A model generated the notes under the pieces. It searched no databases, was not told the DNA's origin, and saw only the letters and a program-made list of their open reading frames with translations. A program made the translations under genes and the position numbers. From IMG/VR virus record IMGVR_UViG_3300033463_000008: a stretch of DNA of 64,000 nt. The stretch is one strand, 5' to 3'. Positions 27,789 through 36,615 of the stretch are shown one piece after another. The number at the start of each line of letters is the position of its first letter. The stretch's first letter is position 1. The stretch comes from a virus (Duplodnaviria; Caudoviricetes).

Positions 27789-30017
27789 ATGGGACATTTC
27801 AACGGACGACTTAAAGAAGCTATACAGGCCGCTGCCGAGAAGGCTAGGGGGCAGGAGGGCTCGTTTTATGATATCCTCAAATTTTATAAGTTTTTTGATG
27901 TCGCCGATACTGATAATGGATTGACTGATTGGCAGCGGGCAGGAGTCCCGGAAGCGAACCAACATAGGATGAGCGCATTTTGTAGTGCGTTTGCCGATAT
28001 GATTGAGGACTTCCTCGCCAATGATGAATATGGTGTCTTGACTACCGCCATGGAAGATATTGTCAACAAGCTGGACCAGAGAGGTGCCCAGACTGCCGGC
28101 GAAATGGATGTTATCGGTGGCGTTGTAGGCGGATTGACAGGGGGTGCGAGTGAATCGGCTCGCCAAAGCCTTTCTTCTGCAATCGCTGCGGCTATGCAGG
28201 GCAACAAGTTCGACCCTGATGTGCTTCCGCCAATATCCATTGGCCTTAACGGCCTTCCGATTTCCCTGTCCAACTATTACAAGCCCGGCTTTTCACAGCC
28301 CAACTGGCCTTTCCTTTATGAGCATGAAGTTCGGAAAGAAACCGGGTTCTATGAGGGTGATGACGGCTATTTGATGGTTGGCCCGGGCATCCCGCTATCC
28401 CTTGGCGGAAAGGCCAAGATTCTTGTACTGAAGGCTATTTTTGCCGTACCGACTGTCGATGACCACGGAAATCCGGTGGGCGACATGGAAGGCGGGTTAA
28501 GCGAGGAACAGTTCGAAATTGTCAAGAGAGTAATGGACAAGCGCGTCTTGAGCGACTTGACTGATGAAGAAAAGAATTTTAGTCTGACAGCCGAACAGTC
28601 CCGTGCATCCTACTTCCGATATGTCAACATGGTATTGTGGGATGCAGTGTGCAACAAGAACAACTGGGCGTATCTGCACTGGGGCATCCTTTCGCATAAC
28701 TCAATGCCGGAACCGGTCAAGACTGCTGTATGTAGCTTCCTGAAGACAAACGGCTTGGCATTGGACGCCAATATTAATGGTCCTGCAGCGATGATTAGCT
28801 ATTGCTTGAATATCGGCATGGCTTATCTGATTGGTCGCAGGAATCCGGTTACGATCGTCGGTCTCCCTGAACAGGGCTTGAAGGCTATTCCTGAAAAGGG
28901 TTCCAAGGATGTTGAATTTTTGGCAGAAACGGGCAAGGCTGTCCGTTACAACGGAGGAGTCCCGAAGGATTTGAGACTGGCCAAACTGCATTTTACCTAT
29001 ATAGCCGACATCTTGGTTAGACTTACGAACGGGTCGTCCGAATACGATACTGAACTGAGAAAGCGCCGTATTGATGAAGCCAACCTGATTTATGACTACT
29101 GCGGGTTGCCTAAGGTGGAATACGGCATGTCGCCGGCTTCCGTTCCGCCGGAACTGAAGGCTGATGCCCTGGTGAAGCGTGGATTCCTTGACCTGATGCG
29201 CTCCACGATTTACGTATTCCCGAACAAGTCGGGCAACTATGGTTCCGGCGCCAATGTGAAAATCGAGATGCAGTCGAAGAACATCGACCCGGATGGCACT
29301 CGCCTCCAGCCGAGAACCAAGCAGGTGCTCCAGTGGCTTGGTGCACAAATCGGTGTCGATACTATCCAGGTTTCATCCCTTATCCGTGAGCCGGATGTCC
29401 AGGGACGCATCATGTGCGACAACTGGCACATGGGCAAGCGAATTTCCTATGGAAAGGGCGGTACCGCGGTCAATATGGTGTATGTGGACTGGACCAAGAA
29501 GCATGGCGGCACCGAGATTAACTGTGCCAAGCATCTTCCGTACGACACGCTGCTGAAGGTGAATGATGCTGACCTTCCGAAAGTCAGGGAACTGATGAAG
29601 AAGAAGGCAAACGAGGTTGTCGCGAGCGGAATAAAGGTATCAAACCATTGCTGTGACCCGACCATTTACCAGGCGGTCGATATTAGCGCTACCCATCTGG
29701 CGAGATACGGCAGGGCGATATGCGACAAGGCTGTCGCAATATGCGAAGATGCCAAGAAGAGAAAGATTTTGCAGGGCCTCATTCTTCCTGATGGATGGGG
29801 TTCTCCACCGGCAAAGACTGGTGAACCGGCACTCCACATCGAAGTTGACCCGCGCCGGACTGAGCCGGCAATTCCGATGGCGGGGGAGGATCCGTCCGCA
29901 CTTGCGCCGACACCGGGAAGTGATATCCAGATAAGAATTTACAACGAGAACCTTACAAGCAAGGGTGCATTGGATGCGGTCTTTGTAAAGGACTGCGTTG
30001 ACAACAAGAATGCGTAG
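27789..30017 (+). CDS. putative virion peptidoglycan hydrolase: lysozyme-like + M15 peptidase-like domains
   Basis: EHEVRKETGFYEGDDGYLMVGPG and LRKRRIDEANL (GH24-like); SSLIREPDVQ...SNH...AVDI...HIEV (M15-like). Confidence 0.6.
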   Translation: MGHFNGRLKEAIQAAAEKARGQEGSFYDILKFYKFFDVADTDNGLTDWQRAGVPEANQHRMSAFCSAFADMIEDFLANDEYGVLTTAMEDIVNKLDQRGAQTAGEMDVIGGVVGGLTGGASESARQSLSSAIAAAMQGNKFDPDVLPPISIGLNGLPISLSNYYKPGFSQPNWPFLYEHEVRKETGFYEGDDGYLMVGPGIPLSLGGKAKILVLKAIFAVPTVDDHGNPVGDMEGGLSEEQFEIVKRVMDKRVLSDLTDEEKNFSLTAEQSRASYFRYVNMVLWDAVCNKNNWAYLHWGILSHNSMPEPVKTAVCSFLKTNGLALDANINGPAAMISYCLNIGMAYLIGRRNPVTIVGLPEQGLKAIPEKGSKDVEFLAETGKAVRYNGGVPKDLRLAKLHFTYIADILVRLTNGSSEYDTELRKRRIDEANLIYDYCGLPKVEYGMSPASVPPELKADALVKRGFLDLMRSTIYVFPNKSGNYGSGANVKIEMQSKNIDPDGTRLQPRTKQVLQWLGAQIGVDTIQVSSLIREPDVQGRIMCDNWHMGKRISYGKGGTAVNMVYVDWTKKHGGTEINCAKHLPYDTLLKVNDADLPKVRELMKKKANEVVASGIKVSNHCCDPTIYQAVDISATHLARYGRAICDKAVAICEDAKKRKILQGLILPDGWGSPPAKTGEPALHIEVDPRRTEPAIPMAGEDPSALAPTPGSDIQIRIYNENLTSKGALDAVFVKDCVDNKNA

Positions 30018-30024
30018 GTAGAAC

Positions 30025-30750
30025 ATGTCCAAGCTGTACACGAAAAAGAAACAGGAATTTGATGACACCGTATTTGGCTATCTGGTGAAACGGTTGACTA
30101 CGCCCATTACGGATAGCGATGCATATCACACTGGCCATGTTGACGAAAAGGGCAATGAAATGAAGGCTCCCGACGACTGGTCGTATACAAGGCTTGATCG
30201 TTTGGTATTTGACCTGAAGGCAATCCTTGGTGACCGGGTGAACAACATTGCGGAATCCTATGCGGATGTTGATTCTTATGCCTTGATGAACGGGAAGGTT
30301 GATGCGGGGAAGTACACGGAAAAATACCATCAGGTGCTTTCGATTATCGAGGAAGCTGCCTACATTCCTCCGGCATTGCGCGGACAGGCCGGGGAAGCTA
30401 ATGAAACCAGTGACCTTCCGATGAGTGACCGTATTTCATTCGCGCTGTCTGTGGCGAACTTCCTACTGTTCTCGGCAAGATTTAGCCGTTTTCCGAATAC
30501 GGTCGAAATTGATGACGAAGTGCTCCCGTCTGTAGAATCGACGTTTGGTGTTCGTGCGCTTGGCTCGCAGCAGGAATTTCTTGATTACGCAAGGAATGCC
30601 AAGATTACCGACGGGCGCGGACTGAACAACAATGGATATGTGCTCCTTGTACGGGCCGCCAGGAAGATTGTGTCTTCTGACATATTGAAGCCACGCAATT
30701 TCGGCGAGCACAATCAGAGCGAGCAATGGAGGATTGTTGCGAATGCATAG
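30025..30750 (+). CDS. T4-like conserved hypothetical protein
   Basis: LVKRLTTPITDSDAYHTGHVDEKGN...YTRLDRLVFDLK resembles a head-region family of T4-like phages. Confidence 0.5.
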   Translation: MSKLYTKKKQEFDDTVFGYLVKRLTTPITDSDAYHTGHVDEKGNEMKAPDDWSYTRLDRLVFDLKAILGDRVNNIAESYADVDSYALMNGKVDAGKYTEKYHQVLSIIEEAAYIPPALRGQAGEANETSDLPMSDRISFALSVANFLLFSARFSRFPNTVEIDDEVLPSVESTFGVRALGSQQEFLDYARNAKITDGRGLNNNGYVLLVRAARKIVSSDILKPRNFGEHNQSEQWRIVANA

Positions 30751-30943
30751 GATGTACAACGGATTGCCATTGTTCGAGGTGGATTTCGGGGACTTCTCCT
30801 ATATAGTCGAATGCGTTATGCATGGTAAGCGCATGTTGGCCCGCAATATCTCTGACAATGGATTGAAGGAATATTTCAATACCGTGCGGCGTGCGAACTT
30901 TGCCGCGACCTACGGGGGCACGGTTATAATTTACGGAAGGTAG
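30743..30943 (+). CDS. small hypothetical protein
   Basis: ORF coupled between 30750 and portal. Confidence 0.5.
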   Translation: MHRMYNGLPLFEVDFGDFSYIVECVMHGKRMLARNISDNGLKEYFNTVRRANFAATYGGTVIIYGR

Positions 30944-30947
30944 AGTT

Positions 30948-32666
30948 ATGCTTTTCAAGAAAAACAAGACACCGGAAACCCTCTCGTCGAGACTTCTCAA
31001 CTACGAGCGTAATTACGGTATCGGGAACCCGAAAGGGCCGTATTTTGACCGAATTTTTAATCGAATAGACACGGAACGCAAGGTCAATGCTTCCCGGAAC
31101 TCGGTTGCACAGGGCATGAATGACATGATGTTTCCGAACGGGACTACCCCGGACGGTTACAGCACGTTCACGCCGATGCTCGGCATATCCACGGAGTCGC
31201 TGGATCCGGACAAGGTCCAGGACTCGATTGCCCAGAAGGAATGCGACCTGTACTGGCGAAAGAACGTCGAGCGTTCATTGAAGTATGAAACGGTTGCCGG
31301 ACGTTCCGAAGTGAACGAGTCAATCATCCAGATTTGTAACGAGGCTGCGTACAAGGATGACATGGGTGAATCATGTTCCCTTGAAATTGACCCGGATGCA
31401 AAGATTGGCGATGCTACCCAGGACATCCTTCATTCAACCTTCCGTCGCAAGGTTCTTCGCGAGCTTCTCAATTTCCGAATTAACGGCTGGAACTACATGC
31501 GCTATCTGTGCATTCATGGCCGTATCTTCTTTGAAATCGAGTTTGACGAGAACAAGAGCCAGATTCTTGGCTTGAAGATGCTTCGTGAAGAGAACATGAT
31601 TGTCATCTACCATGACGACTTGATTATCGGTTATCGCCAGATGCAGTCGGGCTGGACGAACATGCGCAACGGTGGCAAGAACTACAAGGACTTCTCCCCG
31701 AACCAGATTCTGTACGCATCTCTCGACATGACAGGTCCTGGCGGCATCAATGACCCGCGTTCTATTCTGGAACCGGCAATGAAGCCATATAACCAACTCA
31801 ATACCATTGAGGATAGCGTTGTCATGTACCGTATTCTCTGGGGTCAGGAAAAACTGGTCATGAAGGTCGATACGGGTAACATGCCGAAGGATAAGGCCGA
31901 GAAGTACATGAAGGACCAGGCCAAGGTCTTCTCCCGTAAGCTGGATTACAATTCGCAGACTGGCGAAGTGACGAACTTTGGTAAGGCAATCGGCTTGACC
32001 GAACATTACATCATCAGTCTTTCCCAGGGCCGTACAGGTTCATCCATTGAACGAATGAATGCCGGCAACAACCTTCAGAACATTGACGACTTGAAGTTCT
32101 TCAAGCGCAACCTTGTCAACTCCCTCATGGTGCCTCCTGGCCGTATCACTGCGCTTGCGGGCGATAACCAGAACTACACGCAGGGCAAGATTGGTGAAGT
32201 TACCCAGTCCGAAGTATCGTTTGCCGCGCTAGTCCAGCGTTATCAGACCCCGCTTGAAGCAATCATGATTCGTCTGTTTGTCATGGTGCTCAACACGATG
32301 AAGAACGTGGACAACTCCATCAAGAGTGAAGTCAACTTCTCGGTCAGGTTCAAACGTTCCAACGGTTTCCAAAACTTCATCGAAAGTGAAATCTGGAACA
32401 CCAGGCTCAATACGTTTGACCTCATGGCCAAGCATTGCCGTTCCAAGGATAACCCGACCGGCATGCTTCCGAGGAAGTTTGCCCTCATGAAGGGTCTTCG
32501 TGTCAGCAATGAAGAATATAACCAGATTCGCCAGTGGCTCCAGGAAGAAAAGAACGATGAGCTTTATGGCGAAACCGGTTCTTCGTCTGGTGGTGGCGAT
32601 GCGGGCGGTGGAGCCGGTGGTGACGCTGGCGGTGGTGCCGGTGGCGGTCTCGGAGGCCTGATGTAG
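30948..32666 (+). CDS. portal vertex protein (gp20-like)
   Basis: SILEPAMKPYNQLNTIEDSVVMYR, VDTGNMPKDKAEKYM, IDDLKFF...SLMVP. Confidence 0.95.
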   Translation: MLFKKNKTPETLSSRLLNYERNYGIGNPKGPYFDRIFNRIDTERKVNASRNSVAQGMNDMMFPNGTTPDGYSTFTPMLGISTESLDPDKVQDSIAQKECDLYWRKNVERSLKYETVAGRSEVNESIIQICNEAAYKDDMGESCSLEIDPDAKIGDATQDILHSTFRRKVLRELLNFRINGWNYMRYLCIHGRIFFEIEFDENKSQILGLKMLREENMIVIYHDDLIIGYRQMQSGWTNMRNGGKNYKDFSPNQILYASLDMTGPGGINDPRSILEPAMKPYNQLNTIEDSVVMYRILWGQEKLVMKVDTGNMPKDKAEKYMKDQAKVFSRKLDYNSQTGEVTNFGKAIGLTEHYIISLSQGRTGSSIERMNAGNNLQNIDDLKFFKRNLVNSLMVPPGRITALAGDNQNYTQGKIGEVTQSEVSFAALVQRYQTPLEAIMIRLFVMVLNTMKNVDNSIKSEVNFSVRFKRSNGFQNFIESEIWNTRLNTFDLMAKHCRSKDNPTGMLPRKFALMKGLRVSNEEYNQIRQWLQEEKNDELYGETGSSSGGGDAGGGAGGDAGGGAGGGLGGLM

Positions 32667-32680
32667 CCCGAAAATGTATG

Positions 32681-32708
32681 GAAAATCCCGGTAACCCCGG
32701 GATTTTTC
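32681..32708 (+). terminator. intrinsic terminator
   Basis: GAAAATCCCGG-loop-CCGGGATTTTTC. Confidence 0.7.
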
Positions 32709-32860
32709 TGACTTTAGCGGTTTCAGTGCACGTTTTTGGCCTGTTTTTCATGTTAAAAAATGAAAACTCTAAACATTATGGCAGAAAACGTTCGAGAGTG
32801 CTTCCGTTCGGAGCACATGATATGCGAACGGAACACTAACTCAACAAAAGGTAACAAACA

Positions 32861-34351
32861 ATGCAGGTTATCCAGAACAAGTCCAATACACGTAAGTGGA
32901 AGGCCGTCCTTGAATCCAATCTCGGTCGCCCGCTCCGCAACCGTGGGGAAGCTTCTGCAATCGCAGTGCTTCTTGAAAACCAGAACTTGGTCAACCGTGG
33001 TGCCAAGTTCGAATCTGCCAACATCACCGCTGATGTGGCTCAGTACCAACAGTATGCCCTTCCGCTCATTCGCCGTCAGTTCCCTGAACTCTTGGCTATG
33101 AACACTGTGGCCGTCATCCCGACGACTACTCCACAGGGAATTTACTTCGCGTTGCGTTATCTGTACGATAACGAACCGCTCAAGACGACTGCCTTCCGTT
33201 ATGGCCAGAAGCAGGAAATCGGTTACGATTTGATCGCTGACCACACCGGTTTTGCAACGTCCTTCAACCCGTACAGCACGGGCGCTGGCGAAATGCTCTC
33301 CAACTACTCCGAAGGTACTCAGGAACGTACCGGCCTCGCTTATGGCGTGAAGAACCCTGGCGATCCGGGCTACCTCTACAACAACTTCGGTGGTCTCACC
33401 AACGATGGTGATGATGAACTCGGTCAGTACGCTTACAACATCAAGAAAGCATCCATCAAGGTGATTTCTGGTGCTATCCGCGTCGGTACTCGCGCCATCA
33501 AGAGCCATTACACGCTCGAACTCCAGCAGGACATGGCTGCAGCACACGGCCAGGACGTTGAAGCTCTCTTGCTCGAAGGCCTCCAGTTCGAAATCCAGCA
33601 GAACATCGACCGTGAAATCCTCATGGCCATGATCATGGTTGCTCAGAACGAACGCCTCGGTGGTGAAAAGGTCATCGTTGTTGACCTCAAGAACACTGAA
33701 ACGGGTCCGGCTAAGGGTCGTTGGGCTGCTGAATCCATCGCAGCTGGCATCGTGAACACCATCATCGCCGTGTCTCGTAAGATCGCTCTTACGACTCGTA
33801 TGGGTTCCGGTAACTTCGCCATCGTGTCCCCGGACATCGGCGCTGCTATCGCCACTTTGAACAACGGTATCTACATCCCGAACGGCTACCTCGGTACTGA
33901 TGCTACCATGCAGCCTGCTGGTGGTGTGGCTGACGCTGGTTCTCTCCTCAACGGTCAGATCAAGCTGTACCAGGACATCTACGCTAACGCCAGCTACGCT
34001 CTCGTTGGCTTCAAGGGTCCTCGTCAGGGTGAATCCGGCATCATCTTCATGCCGTACATCCCGTACATCTTCACGAAGACCGCTGGTCAGGAAGATGGTT
34101 CTCCGCGTCTCATCGTCAAGAGCCGTTACGCCATCGTGGCTAACCTCCTCGGCGCTGGCCAGTTCTATCGTATCATCCAGTTCAAGAACGTGAACAACGT
34201 GATTACTGGTATCGACTTGAACGAAGCTCCGTGGGAATCTAACGGTTCCTTCACGGGTGACAACCTCGAACCGGGTCTCTCCTACCACGATCAGTCCACC
34301 GAGCTCTACAACGCTGCTGGTGGCTTGACCTTCGAAGACAAGCACTGGTAA
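32861..34351 (+). CDS. major capsid protein (gp23-like)
   Basis: KWKAVLE, LLENQ, IFALRY-like IYFALRY, RAIKSHYTLELQQDMAAAHG, EIQQNIDREI, PYIP, SRYA; very biased codon usage. Confidence 0.95.
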   Translation: MQVIQNKSNTRKWKAVLESNLGRPLRNRGEASAIAVLLENQNLVNRGAKFESANITADVAQYQQYALPLIRRQFPELLAMNTVAVIPTTTPQGIYFALRYLYDNEPLKTTAFRYGQKQEIGYDLIADHTGFATSFNPYSTGAGEMLSNYSEGTQERTGLAYGVKNPGDPGYLYNNFGGLTNDGDDELGQYAYNIKKASIKVISGAIRVGTRAIKSHYTLELQQDMAAAHGQDVEALLLEGLQFEIQQNIDREILMAMIMVAQNERLGGEKVIVVDLKNTETGPAKGRWAAESIAAGIVNTIIAVSRKIALTTRMGSGNFAIVSPDIGAAIATLNNGIYIPNGYLGTDATMQPAGGVADAGSLLNGQIKLYQDIYANASYALVGFKGPRQGESGIIFMPYIPYIFTKTAGQEDGSPRLIVKSRYAIVANLLGAGQFYRIIQFKNVNNVITGIDLNEAPWESNGSFTGDNLEPGLSYHDQSTELYNAAGGLTFEDKHW

Positions 34352-34390
34352 TCTTTACCGGTCTTGCCCGAAAGGGGAAACGGAAATGAA

Positions 34391-34421
34391 TGGGAGTGGG
34401 TGAAAACCCGCTCCTATTTTT
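34391..34421 (+). terminator. intrinsic terminator after capsid gene
   Basis: GGAGTGGGT-GAAA-ACCCGCTCC + T tract. Confidence 0.75.
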
Positions 34422-34424
34422 GTT

Positions 34425-34620
34425 TGGCAATGATTTAAAAATTATGAACTACCCACCGGCTAAAGACCGGTGGGTTTCAGTAACCACCGGTGCAACCAGT
34501 TGAATTTCCCGCATCACAGCACCACTGCTTTTTAGGTCGTTAAGACGGTCATCCACAGTTGGGTTCTCCGCAAGGCATAGCGGTCGCAAGACCACGGCTT
34601 CCCCGGTTCGCGGGGTACCT
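34425..34620 (-). ncRNA. predicted TnpB omegaRNA/reRNA (overlaps tnpB 3' end; guide from flank)
   Basis: Established TnpB architecture; RE hairpin ending GGGTAGTTCAT; boundaries approximate. Confidence 0.55.
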
Positions 34621-35720
34621 TCATTATCTAGTATTCTAAGACCTTCATCAAGTATGTTCTTGGCGGCATTCCAGTCCCTATCTATTACGCTACCACATTC
34701 TAGACATATCCACTCGCGTTCGCTAAGTTTCAATGTATGGTATCTATGCCCACAGTTGTTGCATAGTTGCGAACTGGGGAAGAACCGTCCTACCTTAACG
34801 ACAGTACGGTTATGCCATTGAGCCTTGTACTCTATCATCTTAGTTAGTGTACCGAGTGCCTGATTGGCCAACGCACCAGCAAGACAGCGGTTCTTCAGCA
34901 TTCCCTTTATGTTAAGGTTCTCCATGCAGATTATGTCATAATCTCGGACTAACCTGTGTGATACTTGATGAAGGAAGTTATTCCTTCTGTTACCCAGTTT
35001 TTCATGGGCTGCAGCAAGTTGAATACGGACTTTCTCGTATCGACTGCCGCCTTTCTTCGCCTTTGCGAGTTTCCTCTGCAAATGCCTAATCTTTCGTTCC
35101 GACTTCTTATCGAAATGTGGATTCTTAATCACTTCTCCGTTGGACATCACGATGGACGACTTGATACCGAGGTCGATACCCACACATTCGCCAGTATGTT
35201 CCATTTCCGGCACATCAACATCACAACAAATAGAACAATAATAGTCGCCCTTTCTGCTCTTCTTTACGGTGACATGATAGATTTTAACAATATTTTCGTG
35301 TTCAAATGTCTTGCCGAAACGGCACTTAATTGCACCAACTTTCGGCAGTACAATGGAATTGCCGACTATTAGTTTCTTAATATCCTTGTGACACATAGCA
35401 TTCCGGTAACTCTGTTTGTCCTTCTTGGACTTGTATCTTGGATACTTGGATTTGCCTGCAAAGAAGTTCTGATAGGCTTGGTTCATATCCATATAGGCAT
35501 TAGCCAGTCCTTGCGAGTCGGCTTCTTTCAACCATTCCCATTCTTCCTTAAAAGACTTCAATTTCGGCTGAAAGGACATCTTGGTCTCTTCGTAGATATA
35601 TGACTTAATTCTAAGGCACTGGTTATACACGAAACGACAGCAACCGAAGGTCTTCGCGAAAAATACCTTCTGCGCTTTGTTCGGATATAGCTTGATTTCG
35701 ATGCCTTTCTTAACTATCAT
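34449..35720 (-). CDS. tnpB: TnpB RNA-guided endonuclease
   Basis: KLYPNKAQ..FGCCRFVYN HTH, RuvC GIDLG / MENL / DRDWNAAKNI, CNNC..CLEC Zn finger. Confidence 0.95.
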   Translation of the reverse strand: MIVKKGIEIKLYPNKAQKVFFAKTFGCCRFVYNQCLRIKSYIYEETKMSFQPKLKSFKEEWEWLKEADSQGLANAYMDMNQAYQNFFAGKSKYPRYKSKKDKQSYRNAMCHKDIKKLIVGNSIVLPKVGAIKCRFGKTFEHENIVKIYHVTVKKSRKGDYYCSICCDVDVPEMEHTGECVGIDLGIKSSIVMSNGEVIKNPHFDKKSERKIRHLQRKLAKAKKGGSRYEKVRIQLAAAHEKLGNRRNNFLHQVSHRLVRDYDIICMENLNIKGMLKNRCLAGALANQALGTLTKMIEYKAQWHNRTVVKVGRFFPSSQLCNNCGHRYHTLKLSEREWICLECGSVIDRDWNAAKNILDEGLRILDNEGTPRTGEAVVLRPLCLAENPTVDDRLNDLKSSGAVMREIQLVAPVVTETHRSLAGG

Positions 35721-35729
35721 ACGAAAAAA

Positions 35730-35830
35730 CCTACCGGAACTGGTCCTTCCGGTAGGATACAATGTACCTAAGTACATTTTAAACTCTTCTGCGATGGCAA
35801 GGACCAGTTGCCTTCGTATATCAGTTTATA
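35730..35830 (-). promoter_or_regulatory. late promoter + kissing-hairpin leader of tnpB
   Basis: TATAAACT (35830-35823), hairpin loops CUGGUCC and GGACCAG complementary. Confidence 0.65.
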
Positions 35831-35955
35831 TATGTAGCAAAAATTCCGAAAATAGTCAAGCGGCTTTCATCTCACCCACTAAAGATGGGTGAGTTTTCTC
35901 GCCGCTACATTATAAACTGTACCATGAAAGATTTTTACCGACTGGTGTGTTTATT

Positions 35956-36615
35956 ATGATGGATATGTTTGAATCGCTTGAAAGTATGCTTCCGCTGTGC
36001 GAAATGGCGTCAGTGGACATGACAGGCAATGCTGGGACATTGGATGCATCTCACTACAAGGCATATGCCAAGAATCCAAGTGAACTCGACCAGAATACGC
36101 TGGCTGAACTTGCTGACATGGTTGACCGCGCCCATGATGCAAAGAACGTGATTGCTGCGCAACAGGCATCCGGGCGTGAACCGATGGCGACACCAAGGAC
36201 GATTGACCAGTTGATGAATAGCATACTTGTCCTCTACATCACATGTGACGATGCGCCCGTGGCTGTTACGAATGTAGTGGACCCGTCAATGGAAGACTAT
36301 CATGGATATGTGCCCATCAGGTTCTATTCATTGAAAACCGGGTATAACCTGGATGGCCGTCTGCAACAGTCTTTCTTCTCCATTGAGGAAGATTTTCGCT
36401 CATCCGGCGTAGCAAAGGAATTGTTCCTGCAACTGAATGTCAACGGTTCGCCGTGCTTCATCGTGGTTGACCCGATGGATGCACCGACAGTGAAGAATGT
36501 GCAGGAAAGCGGATACAAGAAAGTGGGCCACATGAAAATAGATGGCTCGGGTAACGAAATGGAGCTGTGGGTATCCCCAGCAAAGGAAAAGGTAGCTTCT
36601 GATGAGCAAGATTAA
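35956..36615 (+). CDS. GNAT-like acetyltransferase with putative cleavable N-terminus
   Basis: FSIEEDFRSSGVAKELF (AcCoA motif A-like), SGYK; late promoter 35911; N-terminal FESLES. Confidence 0.5.
   Translation: MMDMFESLESMLPLCEMASVDMTGNAGTLDASHYKAYAKNPSELDQNTLAELADMVDRAHDAKNVIAAQQASGREPMATPRTIDQLMNSILVLYITCDDAPVAVTNVVDPSMEDYHGYVPIRFYSLKTGYNLDGRLQQSFFSIEEDFRSSGVAKELFLQLNVNGSPCFIVVDPMDAPTVKNVQESGYKKVGHMKIDGSGNEMELWVSPAKEKVASDEQD

Larger units (their letters stand above)
34444..35911 (-). mobile_element. non-autonomous IS200/IS605-family (tnpB-only) element
   Basis: Subterminal hairpins at 34452-34474 (RE) and ~35871-35893 (LE); LE preceded on - strand by TTTAT; no tnpA. Confidence 0.8.

Noticed and set aside
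32753-34345. 530-aa antisense ORF over the capsid gene (similarly 650-1786, 5796-6905, 15512-16702, 48183-49514, 54112-55224)
   Set aside because: Shadow ORFs caused by strong codon bias on the sense strand; no motifs, RBS or promoters
35721-35777. Upstream ATG for tnpB
   Set aside because: Lies within the structured leader; TnpB homology begins at 35720
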